A DNA stretch of 64,000 bases from Chloroflexota bacterium (GTDB taxonomy: Bacteria > Chloroflexota > UBA11872 > VXOZ01), in NCBI GenBank assembly GCA_963663275.1, contig OY760183.1, positions 576,001 to 640,000 of the forward strand, read 5' to 3'. How positions within the stretch are numbered: the first letter of the stretch is position 1; every line of letters begins with the position of its first letter. The position numbers were made by a program, and so were the translations under genes. The notes beneath the pieces are model-generated. The model was not told where the DNA came from, ran no database searches, and was given only the letters and a program-made list of their open reading frames with translations. Below are positions 19,279-29,730 of this stretch, piece by piece.

Positions 19279-20091
19279 GTGCCAATCCCTAAGCCCACGC
19301 ATCTCGGCCCGGAATACGCCGCTCAGTTCAAGGATCGGAGCGTGGCCGCGGCTTACGTCAACTATCCGCCCTACGCGCCCGAGGTCTGCCAGGTGCTTGC
19401 CGGGCTGATACAGGATGAACCGCGCGTTGTGCTGGACATGGGGTGCGGGACCGGGGACGTGGCGCGGCCGCTGGCGGCCCTGGTGGAGCGCGTCGACGCC
19501 GTGGACCCGTCGGCGGCCATGATCGAGGTTGGCCGCGCTCGCGCCGGCGGCGACCGGCCGAACATCAGGTGGGTCTGCCAGAGCGCGGAGGAGTTCGCCT
19601 ACGCTGCCCGTTACAGCCTCATTGTAACCGGCGCAAGTCTCCACTGGATGGACTGGTACACGGTCATCCCGCGGATGGCCAGCGCCCTCTCCGACCGTGG
19701 CTACCTGGCGATCGTGGGCGGCCGCGGAATTGCTACCGCGCCTTGGGTAGACGATCTCAACCGGATTATCCCCGAATACTCGACGAACAAGGATTTCCAG
19801 CCATACAATCTTCTCAACGAACTTGAACGTCGGCGCCTCTTCGCAATGGTCGGCCGCAAGCGCACGGCGCCTCAGGAATACACGATGCCCGTCGCTCAGT
19901 ACGTGGAGTTGTTCCACGCGCGCAATGGCTTTTCACGGCAGCGCATGGACGCGCAAGCCGCCGCCGATTTCGATGCCGCCGTCCGCGAACTGGTAACTCC
20001 CTTTGCGGACGGACACATTCTCACCTTCGACGTGACGACCGACATTATCTGGGGTTACCCATTGGCTGATACGCACACAGAGCTTCGCTAG
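19279..20091 (+). CDS. Class I SAM-dependent methyltransferase
   Basis: VLDMGCGTG, VDPSAAM and SLHWMD motifs. Confidence 0.85.
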   Translation: MPIPKPTHLGPEYAAQFKDRSVAAAYVNYPPYAPEVCQVLAGLIQDEPRVVLDMGCGTGDVARPLAALVERVDAVDPSAAMIEVGRARAGGDRPNIRWVCQSAEEFAYAARYSLIVTGASLHWMDWYTVIPRMASALSDRGYLAIVGGRGIATAPWVDDLNRIIPEYSTNKDFQPYNLLNELERRRLFAMVGRKRTAPQEYTMPVAQYVELFHARNGFSRQRMDAQAAADFDAAVRELVTPFADGHILTFDVTTDIIWGYPLADTHTELR

Positions 20092-20241
20092 CACGTTTCA
20101 CAGGGACACGTAGTTCTGGTTTCTACTGCCCTGCAACAGGCTCGGAACAGGCACGCTTGGCACTGACCATACACATCGAACTCGGAAGACTCTCCAAATG
20201 GATTGAAAGTAGCATGCACATGCGGCAAGGAGACACATACT

Positions 20242-21495
20242 GTGGCAATAACAGCGCTTATCAACGGCAAAATCATCGATGGCAACGGCGGGCCGCCGGT
20301 TGCGGATGGGGCCTTACTCATTGTGGGCGACCGTATCGAGGCCGTGGGTACGGACGTGGATATCCCGCCGGAGGCCCAGGTCATTGACATCGCGGGCCGG
20401 AGCCTGCTGCCCGGCATGATGGACCTGCACGTGCACCTGAACGGCCCGTACCAGGCGCTGCAGAAACTGCGCAAGTCGCTGCTGGCGGGTTTCACGACCA
20501 TCGCCCACGTGGCCGGCACCATGCCGCCCGCCTCCACGCAGTGCCGCCAGGCGATTGCCGACGGCTGGTTCCCGGAGTGCGCGCGGCTGATTGTGGGCGC
20601 GGTGGTGGACTGCACCAACGGCCACGTGCGCGGCCGGGTGGCGGACGGCCCGTGGGAAGTGCGCAAGGCCGTGCGCGAGATGGTTAAGGCCAAAGCTGAC
20701 TTCATCAAGACGGCCGCCAGCGGCGGCTTCTGGGCGGAAGACGAAGAGACCTGGTGGCTGGACTACACCCAGGAAGAGTTGGATGCTTTGGTGGATGAGG
20801 CCCACAGCGTCGGGCGGCTCGTGGTGGTGCACTGCCACACGCAGCCGGGTCTGGATATGTCCATTCAGGCCGGCTGCGACCAGATTCACCACGGCGCGCT
20901 CATCGATGAGAAGGCGCTCCAGGGGATTCTGGATAACGAACTCTTCTTCGTGCCCACGCTCCGCGTCACCTCCCGGCAGAACATGGCGATCAAGTACGGC
21001 GCGGGCCGCCCGTGGGAGACGCGCAAGATGGGCGAGGCCCACACCGTCCACCGGGAGGGCGTGCGCCTGGCTCACCAGATGGGCGTGAAGATGGGACTGG
21101 GCACCGATTGTCCCAGCACGCCGCCCTGGGACATCTGGGATAGCGGCTTTGAACTCCAGGAATTCGTCGGCTGCGGACTCAGCCCGCTGGAAGCCATCGG
21201 CGTAGCGACGAAGGGGTCTGCCGAAGCGATGCATATCGACGACAAGCTCGGCACGCTGGAAAAGGGCAAGCTGGCCGACGTGGTTGTGGTGGACGGCGAC
21301 CCCGCCAGCGACATTCAGGCGGTGGTGAACTACGCCAACGTCCGCTATGTCTTCAAAGAGGGCCGGCTGGCGGTGAGCAGAGATCCGGACCGGCCGCCGA
21401 CCGCCCATCTGGAGACGTATCCGCGCGACTTCACCCCCATCGACGCGCGCTTCACCGCGGATCCGGCCTGGGAGGCCGCGGCCGGCCTGGCATAG
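20242..21495 (+). CDS. Metal-dependent amidohydrolase (Xaa-Pro dipeptidase-like)
   Basis: LLPGMMDLHVH, ADFIK, VHCH, GTD and GKLADVVVVDGDP motifs; AAGGAG RBS. Confidence 0.88.
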   Translation: MAITALINGKIIDGNGGPPVADGALLIVGDRIEAVGTDVDIPPEAQVIDIAGRSLLPGMMDLHVHLNGPYQALQKLRKSLLAGFTTIAHVAGTMPPASTQCRQAIADGWFPECARLIVGAVVDCTNGHVRGRVADGPWEVRKAVREMVKAKADFIKTAASGGFWAEDEETWWLDYTQEELDALVDEAHSVGRLVVVHCHTQPGLDMSIQAGCDQIHHGALIDEKALQGILDNELFFVPTLRVTSRQNMAIKYGAGRPWETRKMGEAHTVHREGVRLAHQMGVKMGLGTDCPSTPPWDIWDSGFELQEFVGCGLSPLEAIGVATKGSAEAMHIDDKLGTLEKGKLADVVVVDGDPASDIQAVVNYANVRYVFKEGRLAVSRDPDRPPTAHLETYPRDFTPIDARFTADPAWEAAAGLA

Positions 21496-21613
21496 GTCCT
21501 TCATACGCATCGAGTTGCCTCTTTCGACGCATAGAGCGCGGCTACACAGAGGCCCAGAGGCCGCGCCGCCTGCTATGCTGTAGGTACACTGCGTTCAAGC
21601 AAATTGAGGAGCG

Positions 21614-22930
21614 ATGATGGCGACGGACCTGATGGCCGGTGGGGCAAAGGTGGCGATCACGCCGCCTATGGGGAGCGCCTTTCAGTCCAGCCGGGCAGAC
21701 CTGCGCGTAGAGAGCGTCCTGCACGACCTCTACGCCACCGCCGTGGCGCTGAGTGACGGCGAGCGGAAAGTCGCGATTGTCGGACTGGACGTGCTCGGCA
21801 TCGATGCGCCGCTCGTAAATGCGGTGCGCGCCCGCGTGCAACAGCAAACATCCATTCCCGCTGCCAACGTACTCGTCAACGCCGCGCATAACCATTTCGG
21901 CCCCGCCATTCTGCAGGCCCTGCCCGATGAGATCGATCAGGGGTATTACCAAGGGTTGGTGCAGTCGCTGGCCGACGCCGTCACCCGCGCCGACGCGGCC
22001 CTGGAACCGGTGGCGATGCGTGTAGGCGCGGCCGAAGGCAACTTTGCCATTAACCGGCGGCGCATGGAGGGCGGCGAGGCCCAGCTCGCGCCGAACTACG
22101 ACGGCATCGTGGACCAGCGCATCCGCGCGCTGCGGTTCGAGCGGCTGGATGGGACGGTTGTCGCCATACTCTTCTCAGGGGCGTTCCATCCCACCGGCTA
22201 CGCCTACCGCATGCCGGTGGTGAACGGTGATTACGTGGCCGCAGCGAGACAGGAAGTTGAGCGGCAATTTGCCGACCAGGGCGCGCCGGTCGTCGGCTTC
22301 TTGCAGGGCTGCGCCGGCAACCAGCGCGTGCGCGTCATCGCGCCGGGCGGGACGCGCTTTCATCCCTGCTCCGGCGAGGAGATCGACACCCACGGACGCG
22401 GCGTCGGGTCCCTTGCCGCCCGCGCTGCCCGCGAGGCCGCCATGGTCGTGGGCTATCCCATCGGCGCGGCGCACGAACTCGTGTCCCTGCCGCTAATGCA
22501 ACCGCCCACTGCGGCGGAACTCGCGGACATGCGCGCAAGGGCAAAGAACGACAACTACATGCAACTCTGGACCGCCTCTATGCTGGCCCGCCTCCGGAGC
22601 GATGGCGCGCTGCCCACCAGCGTGGACTTTCCCATTCAGGTCTTCCGCATCGGCGGGCTTTGGATGGTCGGTTTGGGCGCGGAAGTCTTCCTGGAAATCG
22701 GCCTGCAGATCGAGGCCGCGCTCCTGGCCGACCACGTGGGACAAGCGGCGTGGACGCTGGGGTACACCAACGATACCATCGGCTACGTCTGCACCGAGGC
22801 GTCATACGCCGACGGCGGCTACGAACCGACGCGCTCCCACAAGTTCTACCACCTGCCGGCCGCGTACCAACCGCGGACCGAACACCTGGTGGTGGACGCG
22901 GCGCTGCGGATTGCCCGCGCGCTGGCGTAG
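21614..22930 (+). CDS. Neutral/alkaline ceramidase-like hydrolase
   Basis: DLYATA, NAAHNHFGP, NRR, FHPT, NGDY, QGCAGN, GAEVF and GYTNDTIGY..GGYE motifs. Confidence 0.75.
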   Translation: MMATDLMAGGAKVAITPPMGSAFQSSRADLRVESVLHDLYATAVALSDGERKVAIVGLDVLGIDAPLVNAVRARVQQQTSIPAANVLVNAAHNHFGPAILQALPDEIDQGYYQGLVQSLADAVTRADAALEPVAMRVGAAEGNFAINRRRMEGGEAQLAPNYDGIVDQRIRALRFERLDGTVVAILFSGAFHPTGYAYRMPVVNGDYVAAARQEVERQFADQGAPVVGFLQGCAGNQRVRVIAPGGTRFHPCSGEEIDTHGRGVGSLAARAAREAAMVVGYPIGAAHELVSLPLMQPPTAAELADMRARAKNDNYMQLWTASMLARLRSDGALPTSVDFPIQVFRIGGLWMVGLGAEVFLEIGLQIEAALLADHVGQAAWTLGYTNDTIGYVCTEASYADGGYEPTRSHKFYHLPAAYQPRTEHLVVDAALRIARALA

Positions 22931-23199
22931 CGCGGCCATGGCCGCGGGGAGCAACGGGAAGGCAAGAACTATCCGCCTACGACGCGCGCCGCCCGCGGCC
23001 GCGGCGACGCGCCTGCGCCGCGCCCTCCGGCGGCAAGCCGCCTTGGCAGCGTTCGCCGCGCGCGGACATGCCCCATCGAGGCTGTGGGTACGTCCGCGAT
23101 AACCACAATGTCTATCTTCGCATTGATTGCACTTGCCCTTATGATGCGAACAACATAGAATGTCTTATGCTGCGTATGCTAGTAAGGAGTTGAATTGTC

Positions 23200-23676
23200 G
23201 TGCCGAAAGATAACAGCGGGGAGTTGATTGAGCGACTGGTAGAGGCGGTGAAATACCTGCACCTTCAGTTGCACACCCGTCACCTTGACGAGTGGGAGGG
23301 TCTGGACATGACCATCCCCCAGATAAAGACGTTGGTCATGTTGGGGCACACGGGCCCCCTGCGCATGGGCAGCATCGCCGTCTACCTGGGCCGGGCGCTC
23401 TCCGCCACCACCACCGTGGTGGACCGCTTGGTAGAGAAAGGGTTGGTGGATCGGATCTCGGATCCGGACGACCGGAGAGTCGTGATCTGCAGGTTGTCGG
23501 ATGAAGGGCAAGCGGCAATTGAAGTCTTCTGGCAGAATGAACGCGAACGCTTGCAGTTGCTGGCGGATATACTGACTCCGAAACAACTGCAAACCGTAGT
23601 AGAGGGGGTAGAGACGATTCGCTGGGCGGATGAGGAAGCCATGAAAGCCCTCGCTGCCATGCGGTCATCCGACTAG
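23200..23676 (+). CDS. MarR family transcriptional regulator
   Basis: TIPQ, VDRLVEKGLVDR..DPDDRRVV motifs. Confidence 0.9.
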   Translation: MPKDNSGELIERLVEAVKYLHLQLHTRHLDEWEGLDMTIPQIKTLVMLGHTGPLRMGSIAVYLGRALSATTTVVDRLVEKGLVDRISDPDDRRVVICRLSDEGQAAIEVFWQNERERLQLLADILTPKQLQTVVEGVETIRWADEEAMKALAAMRSSD

Positions 23677-23802
23677 CCGCGCTACTTCCTTACCACACGT
23701 CACTACCTTACATCCCCCCACAGCTTCCCACTCTCTCATACCAATCACCACGACCTTGCTCCAGCCGCACAAGGCAATGAACGCGCCGCGGCCGCCTGCC
23801 CA

Positions 23803-23901
23803 CAAGGGAGCGGGGGCAACATGCGTGCGCGCGTCATCGCGCCGGGCGGCACACGCTTCCATCCGTGCATGCCGGAATAGATCGACGACCACGCACATGG
23901 G
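23803..23901 (+). pseudogene. Decayed fragment of a ceramidase-like paralog
   Basis: Translates QGSGGNMRARVIAPGGTRFHPCMPE*IDDH versus QGCAGNQRVRVIAPGGTRFHPCSGEEIDTH at 22304-22402. Confidence 0.8.
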
Positions 23902-24174
23902 TCAAGCGTGGATGCGTAACACAGGCGCAACCGCATAGAACGGAGTGGGGGAAAGACATTCGGCTACAGCTTCGACCTTCACGCCTATTTCCAGGACAAG
24001 CGGACGCTCCCACCGCAGCGAGAACCTTCTCTGGGAGCGCTTGCGCCACACGCGCGGACGGACTCCAATGAGGCTGCCTTTGCCCTTTGGCGCAGTCTGC
24101 CGATGAATTCTACTTTTCTGATATGATGCATAGCGATAGGTCTTCGATTTTTCGATAGTACGGGGTAAGAGTTC

Positions 24175-24279
24175 GTGCGGAAAGATTACAGGGAAGAATT
24201 AACTGAGCGATTCGCAGAGGCGGTGGAGTATCTGAACCGTCAGGTCCACACCATTGGCATGGATGTGATGGGCGGATAG
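24175..24279 (+). pseudogene. Truncated 5' copy of the marR gene
   Basis: MRKDYREELTERFAEAVEYLNRQVHT versus MPKDNSGELIERLVEAVKYLHLQLHT; stops after 34 codons. Confidence 0.75.
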
Positions 24280-24312
24280 TGGAATGTGGAAAACCTGGGG
24301 AGCCACTCCGCT

Positions 24313-25191
24313 ATGAGGTTCGACAGCCCGCTCAGGTATCCGGGGGGAAAGGCGTCGCTCGCACCTTTCTTGGCCAGGACCATTGCGAAGAACGGCCTCT
24401 CCGGCTGCTCGTACTACGAGCCATTCGCAGGCGGCGCGGGGGCAGCGCTGCGTCTACTCCGGGAAGGCGTGGTTTCGGAACTTCATCTGAACGACTTAGA
24501 CCCTCACATCACCTCATTTTGGCGCGCCGTCCTCGATGAACCGGATCGGTTTGCCGAAGAGGTCATGTCGGTTCCAGTAAGCGTAGCGGAGTGGAAAGTG
24601 CAGCATGAGGTCTATAAGCGCGCCGATATTCATAAGCCTTTCGAACTTGGCTTCGCGACCTTCTATCTGAACCGCTGTAACCGGTCGGGAGTTATATCAG
24701 GCGCCGCGCCCATCGGCGGCTATGCCCAAGCCGGAACCTGGAAGATTGGCGAGCGGTTCTACAGAGAGCGACTGGCTGAGCGTGTTCTGGCAATCGGGAC
24801 GCGCAAGGAAAGAATCCACGTCACGAACATGGATGCTCTTGACTTCCTAACCGAGCGTTTGCCAACCGCACCTGAAAGCAAGTCCGCCTTCTGCTATCTC
24901 GACCCTCCATATCACTCGAACGGCAACCGTCTTTACATGGCATATTATCGTGACCGAGATCATGAAAATTTGGCACGCTACATTCAAGAGCAGTGGGGAT
25001 TCAAGTGGGTGATGTCGTACGACGATACGGACTTCATTAGAGATCTATACGCGGCATCGGAAATATCCATCATACCCTTGGAGTATAGTCTTCAGGAACG
25101 TCGAGAAGCCCACGAACTCCTGATTGCGCCGTCCCACGTGCTACTCGCTGACCACACCGCTCCGGCAATCCCGGAGAAGACGAGAGTCTGA
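24313..25191 (+). CDS. D12-class DNA adenine methyltransferase
   Basis: SPLRYPGGK, EPFAGGAG, FYLNRCNRSG, YLDPPY and SYDD motifs. Confidence 0.9.
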   Translation: MRFDSPLRYPGGKASLAPFLARTIAKNGLSGCSYYEPFAGGAGAALRLLREGVVSELHLNDLDPHITSFWRAVLDEPDRFAEEVMSVPVSVAEWKVQHEVYKRADIHKPFELGFATFYLNRCNRSGVISGAAPIGGYAQAGTWKIGERFYRERLAERVLAIGTRKERIHVTNMDALDFLTERLPTAPESKSAFCYLDPPYHSNGNRLYMAYYRDRDHENLARYIQEQWGFKWVMSYDDTDFIRDLYAASEISIIPLEYSLQERREAHELLIAPSHVLLADHTAPAIPEKTRV

Positions 25192-25215
25192 GGACGCTCA
25201 GACAAGGATCCAACG

Positions 25216-26322
25216 ATGGCAATTCAAGACAATGTTCACAAGATTGAAGTATCTGACCTGCGCTTCGACCTCAAGAATCCGAGGCTTGCCGAATATGACC
25301 TGAGTGCGAACTCAAATGAAGTTGACGTGGTTAAGGTGCTGTGGGAAGTCATGGACGTAATGGAACTCGTAATGTCTATAGCTGCCAGTGGCTTCTTTGC
25401 CCATGAACCCATCATAGTCGCGCGGGAAGATGGGAAGAATGTAGTTATAGAGGGGAACAGACGCCTAGCGGCAGTCAAAATGCTCCTTGACCCCAAACTT
25501 GCAGAGACCTTGGGCGTGGATGTACCTCCGATCACGGAAGGAGCCAGGAAGGATCTTCGCACGCTTCCTGCCGTGCTCAGCACCCGAGAGGAAGCCTGGC
25601 AGTATCTCGGTTTCAAGCATGTAAACGGTCCCGCCAAGTGGAGCAGTTACGCCAAGTCCCAGTACATAGCTGACGTGCACCGGAACTTCAAAGTGCCCCT
25701 GGAGGACATTGCCAGGCAAATTGGCGACACGCACCGGACCGTTCAGAGGCTGTTCCGGGGCCTGATGGTCATCGAGCAAGCCGAGCGGATGAAACTGTTC
25801 GACCGCGAGAACCGCTACCATAGGCACTTCTCATTTTCCCACCTCTATACCGGTATTGGCTACGACGGAATTGCCTCCTTCATCGGCTTGCGCCCGGAAA
25901 CCGAGGAAACTGAAGAGCCGGTCCCACGCGAAAAGAAGAATGAGCTAAGGGAACTCTGTATCTGGCTCTATGGCAGCAAGAGAGAGGACAAGCGGCCCGA
26001 AATACAGTCGCAGAATCCCGACTTGCGAAAGTTGGACGCGGTCTTAGCAGATGGAGAAGCAGTCGCCGCGCTTCGCGCGGGCATAGAACTGACTCTGGCT
26101 TTTGATATGAGCAAACCTTCATCAAGTGTCTTCGCAGAGTCCCTCTATGCCGCAAAGAGAAATCTAGAGAAGGCCAGAGGATTGGTTTCAACCGGTTACG
26201 ACGGTTCGGACCGACTCTTGACGGTTGCAAATGACGTAGCGGAACTAGCGGACGATCTTCATCACGACATGGATAGAAAGTATGGACCACGGAGTAGGCG
26301 GAAGATAAAAAGGGGACGTTAA
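25216..26322 (+). CDS. ParB/Srx-fold N-terminal domain protein
   Basis: DLKNPRL, SIAASGF..EPIIV, VIEGNRRLAA; central HTH-like segment LEDIARQIGDTHRTVQR. Confidence 0.75.
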   Translation: MAIQDNVHKIEVSDLRFDLKNPRLAEYDLSANSNEVDVVKVLWEVMDVMELVMSIAASGFFAHEPIIVAREDGKNVVIEGNRRLAAVKMLLDPKLAETLGVDVPPITEGARKDLRTLPAVLSTREEAWQYLGFKHVNGPAKWSSYAKSQYIADVHRNFKVPLEDIARQIGDTHRTVQRLFRGLMVIEQAERMKLFDRENRYHRHFSFSHLYTGIGYDGIASFIGLRPETEETEEPVPREKKNELRELCIWLYGSKREDKRPEIQSQNPDLRKLDAVLADGEAVAALRAGIELTLAFDMSKPSSSVFAESLYAAKRNLEKARGLVSTGYDGSDRLLTVANDVAELADDLHHDMDRKYGPRSRRKIKRGR

Positions 26323-27248
26323 TGTTCAAGTGGCCGAACGTGCCGTCCCCTAACGCGGCTGAGCACGAACTCGCTGATTTTGCCGAGTTGCTCTGCTGGC
26401 GGGATGGCCGCTCATCAGCGACTGCCTTGATGCACTCCCTTGCCAGACTCGCCGAGAATGACTACTCCGACGGCGTTCCCGAAGATGACATGGTAGCTAA
26501 CTATGTTGAGAACGCGTACGTAGAGATCGAACGGCGTGCAAGAGATTGCGGAGAAGGCTACCCCTTCGCCCTGGGAGAGAATGGGGATACACTGCGTACC
26601 CGCTCGCGCACAAACAATGGCAGACATGCTATCTACAAATACCTGTTACTGGCGACGCGACTAAACATGCGCACACACCGAAACCACGCTGAAATCGATG
26701 GAACGCTACTTTTCGAAGAACTTTCCGCGGAAACGTGCAAGGAGTACTTTGGCGATCGTACGGAGAGCATGGTCTTCGGCACTGCTGCGGGAGGAACCGG
26801 ATTCGAGGAGAAAGTAGAGTATCTCTGTATGAAAATAGGGGAGGGCAATGGCTACGAGCCTAAAGTCGAGAGTCGAGAGTACGCTAGAGACGGCAAGTTG
26901 GATGTCGTGGCGTGGAAACACTTTACGGATAGGCTGCCAGGAAAGCTCATAGCGTTTGGGCAGTGTAAAACGGGGACGAACTTTAGAGATGACCTTGCCG
27001 AGTTGCAACCGGAATCTTTCTGCAAGAAATGGATGCGGAATGATCCCGCTCTGTTCCCTATGCGCATGTTTTTTGTCGCCGAGGCTTTACCGCGTGGGGG
27101 TTGGTACAATTTCGCGGCCGATGCCGGTCTGCTCTTAGATCGGTGTAGAATCGTGGATTTCAGCAATCATATTTGTCGGAGCGTATCGGAGAAGGTCGAG
27201 GATTGGACGGCAGCCGCAGCCTGTTCATCCGGCTTACCGAGCCAATAG
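26322..27248 (+). CDS. Putative PD-(D/E)xK (QxK-type) nuclease
   Basis: FEELS...DGKLDVVAW...FGQCKTG; start overlaps the stop of the upstream gene. Confidence 0.65.
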   Translation: MFKWPNVPSPNAAEHELADFAELLCWRDGRSSATALMHSLARLAENDYSDGVPEDDMVANYVENAYVEIERRARDCGEGYPFALGENGDTLRTRSRTNNGRHAIYKYLLLATRLNMRTHRNHAEIDGTLLFEELSAETCKEYFGDRTESMVFGTAAGGTGFEEKVEYLCMKIGEGNGYEPKVESREYARDGKLDVVAWKHFTDRLPGKLIAFGQCKTGTNFRDDLAELQPESFCKKWMRNDPALFPMRMFFVAEALPRGGWYNFAADAGLLLDRCRIVDFSNHICRSVSEKVEDWTAAAACSSGLPSQ

Positions 27249-27411
27249 CGTCCCGGGGTCCTGGCATGACACTTCGGTCAGATAACAACTCGCTTACCAT
27301 TGTGGTCGAATTTCCCCTGCGGTAGTGTATAATGCAAGCAAAGCTGCGGCGGGCGGCTGCACGATGGGGTGCGAGGGCGCCGCTGCAATGGGGATAGGGG
27401 GTTAGGCACGC

Positions 27412-28584
27412 ATGGCAGCCACGGCGGACGCGCTAGACCCGCGCGAATATCGGCGGATTCATCGTCTCTTGCTGCGCAGCCGGCGCAGCGCGGGCCGAGA
27501 GCACGAGCAGATTCCAAAAAACTACCTGCAAACGCCTGCCGCGGAACTGGACGAGCGCATCGCCGCGGTGCGGCGCGAACTGGGCGAACGCGTGCTGGTG
27601 CTCGGGCACCACTACCAGCGCGACGAGGTCATCAAGTACGCCGACCTGCGCGGCGATTCCTATAAGCTGGCCACCTTTGCCGCCACCCGGCGCGACGCCG
27701 AATTCATCATCTTCTGCGGCGTGCACTTCATGGCGGAGAGCGCCGACATTCTCACCGCCCCCCACCAATCGGTCATCCTGCCCAATCCCACCGCCGGCTG
27801 CTCCATGGCCGACATGGCCGACATCGACGACATCGTGGAGTGCTGGGAGCAGCTAACCGACGCGGTTGGTGACTCGATCGTGCCGATTACGTACATGAAC
27901 TCCACCGCGGCGCTCAAGGCCTTCTGCGGCGCCCACGGCGGCATCGTCTGCACCTCTTCCAACGCCGCCGCCGTCTATGAATGGGCCATGGAACGCGGCG
28001 AGAAGATTCTCTTCTTCCCCGATCAGCATCTGGGACGCAACACCGGCCTGAAATTCGGCATTCCCCTGGACGAAATGGTCGTCTGGGATCCCATGGAGAC
28101 GGCGCTGGGCGGCAATACGGCAGCGGACGTGCGGAACGCGCAAGTCATCCTCTGGAAGGGCTGGTGCTCTGTGCACACGCGCTTCACGGTGAAGCAGGTC
28201 GAGTTCGCCCGCCGCCAGCAGCCGGACGTGAACGTCATCGTCCATCCGGAGTGCCCCATGGAGGTGGTGCAAGCCGCCGACTACAACGGCTCCACCGAGT
28301 TCATCCTGAAGACCATTACCGAGGCGCCCAGCGGCACCGCCTGGTCCGTCGGCACCGAGATCAACATGGTCAACCGCATGGCCGCCGAAAACCCCGATAA
28401 GCGCATCTCCTGCCTGGACCCCATCGTCTGCCCCTGCTCCACCATGTACCGCATCCACCCGGCCTACGTCGCCTGGGTGATGGAAGACCTCCTGCAAGAC
28501 AAGGTCACCAACCAGGTGAGCGTCGACCCCGACGTGGCGCACTGGGCGGTAGTCTCCCTCGAGCGCATGCTCACGGTGCATTAG
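27412..28584 (+). CDS. nadA: Quinolinate synthase
   Basis: GHHYQ, FCGVHFMAE, AGCSMA, YMNS, CTSSNA, PDQHLGRN, HPEC and CSTM motifs. Confidence 0.95.
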   Translation: MAATADALDPREYRRIHRLLLRSRRSAGREHEQIPKNYLQTPAAELDERIAAVRRELGERVLVLGHHYQRDEVIKYADLRGDSYKLATFAATRRDAEFIIFCGVHFMAESADILTAPHQSVILPNPTAGCSMADMADIDDIVECWEQLTDAVGDSIVPITYMNSTAALKAFCGAHGGIVCTSSNAAAVYEWAMERGEKILFFPDQHLGRNTGLKFGIPLDEMVVWDPMETALGGNTAADVRNAQVILWKGWCSVHTRFTVKQVEFARRQQPDVNVIVHPECPMEVVQAADYNGSTEFILKTITEAPSGTAWSVGTEINMVNRMAAENPDKRISCLDPIVCPCSTMYRIHPAYVAWVMEDLLQDKVTNQVSVDPDVAHWAVVSLERMLTVH

Positions 28585-28770
28585 CAATATCTCTCGCTGG
28601 CTTGCGCGCGTACGTTGTTCACCTCCCCACAACGACTCTATGCGGTCGACTGAATCAGGCTAGTGGCGCGCAAAGTCGATGCACGCCGCGCGAAAGCAGA
28701 AACGAGTCACACTTGGCAAATGACCACTGACTGGAATCGACAGACAGCCTGGGAATATGAGATCTGAGCC

Positions 28771-29730
28771 ATGGCAGTAAACAGGGACAAGCCGGATAGA
28801 TGGAAGCGTGACATTGCCCAGTCGGTAGACATGTACAACGACTGGTTCCTACGGTTTGCGCCGGGGGCATACCGAAACACCCGCGTGCAAACGACCGCTG
28901 CGGTAGAAGCGACTCTACGAGCGACAGATAACTTGACCGGCGTCGGATTGGCGCTGCTCAAATCAAATCCCGCTGTCTTGCCAACGTTGCGGATGTCGGC
29001 GTGTCCGCCCTTAGCCGCGGACCGGCTTGTTGGGCTTGCCGGTGTGCCTCCGAACTTGGTCAAGGTCATGGAAAAGGACGGAAGACTGCCGCCGCGAATG
29101 CTCCCAGGAGACGTGGATGACGCTCTGGAGAGGATAGCAAGGGTTATTCGGAGTATGGCAGACCCAGATGTGTTCGTGTGGCTGGAGCGCGGTGATATGC
29201 CGTCGGAGCAGGAACGCTACAGGGCAGCGACGATTGTGGCGGACCGTCTGACCGGCGCGGTAGCAAATCCTGTGATCCGGAACGCGCAGGAGAAGCGCCA
29301 GCTTGGCTCCATCGCCGGATGGCTGGAGAAGCAGGGGTACATCAATTTTCCACCGGAAGATGCGGCGTATGATACTCTGTCGCCGGGTTCGTTCGCGTTT
29401 CGCCTGAATGTGCCGGCCCAGCAAGATGGAACCGACAGGCCTGTAAACATCCCAGTGGACACAGTCGTTATGCCCAAGACCGCCAAGCCAGGCGACTTGC
29501 CGTTGCTGGTCGAGGCCAAGTCGGCGGGAGATTTCACGAATGTGAACAAGCGGCGCAAGGAGGAGGCTGTGAAGGTGAGCCAGTTGCGCCGGATGTACGG
29601 GCAGCACGTGCGGTATATCCTATTCTTGTGCGGCTATTTCGACAGCGGTTACCTGGGCTACGAGGCGGCAGAAGGTATTGACTGGGTATGGGAACATCGC
29701 ATCGGCGATTTAGAAGAGTTTGGGTTGTAG
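28771..29730 (+). CDS. XamI-family type II restriction endonuclease
   Basis: W..DI..SVDMYNDWF, NAQEKRQL, VD...EAKSAGDFTNVNKRRKEE motifs. Confidence 0.8.
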   Translation: MAVNRDKPDRWKRDIAQSVDMYNDWFLRFAPGAYRNTRVQTTAAVEATLRATDNLTGVGLALLKSNPAVLPTLRMSACPPLAADRLVGLAGVPPNLVKVMEKDGRLPPRMLPGDVDDALERIARVIRSMADPDVFVWLERGDMPSEQERYRAATIVADRLTGAVANPVIRNAQEKRQLGSIAGWLEKQGYINFPPEDAAYDTLSPGSFAFRLNVPAQQDGTDRPVNIPVDTVVMPKTAKPGDLPLLVEAKSAGDFTNVNKRRKEEAVKVSQLRRMYGQHVRYILFLCGYFDSGYLGYEAAEGIDWVWEHRIGDLEEFGL

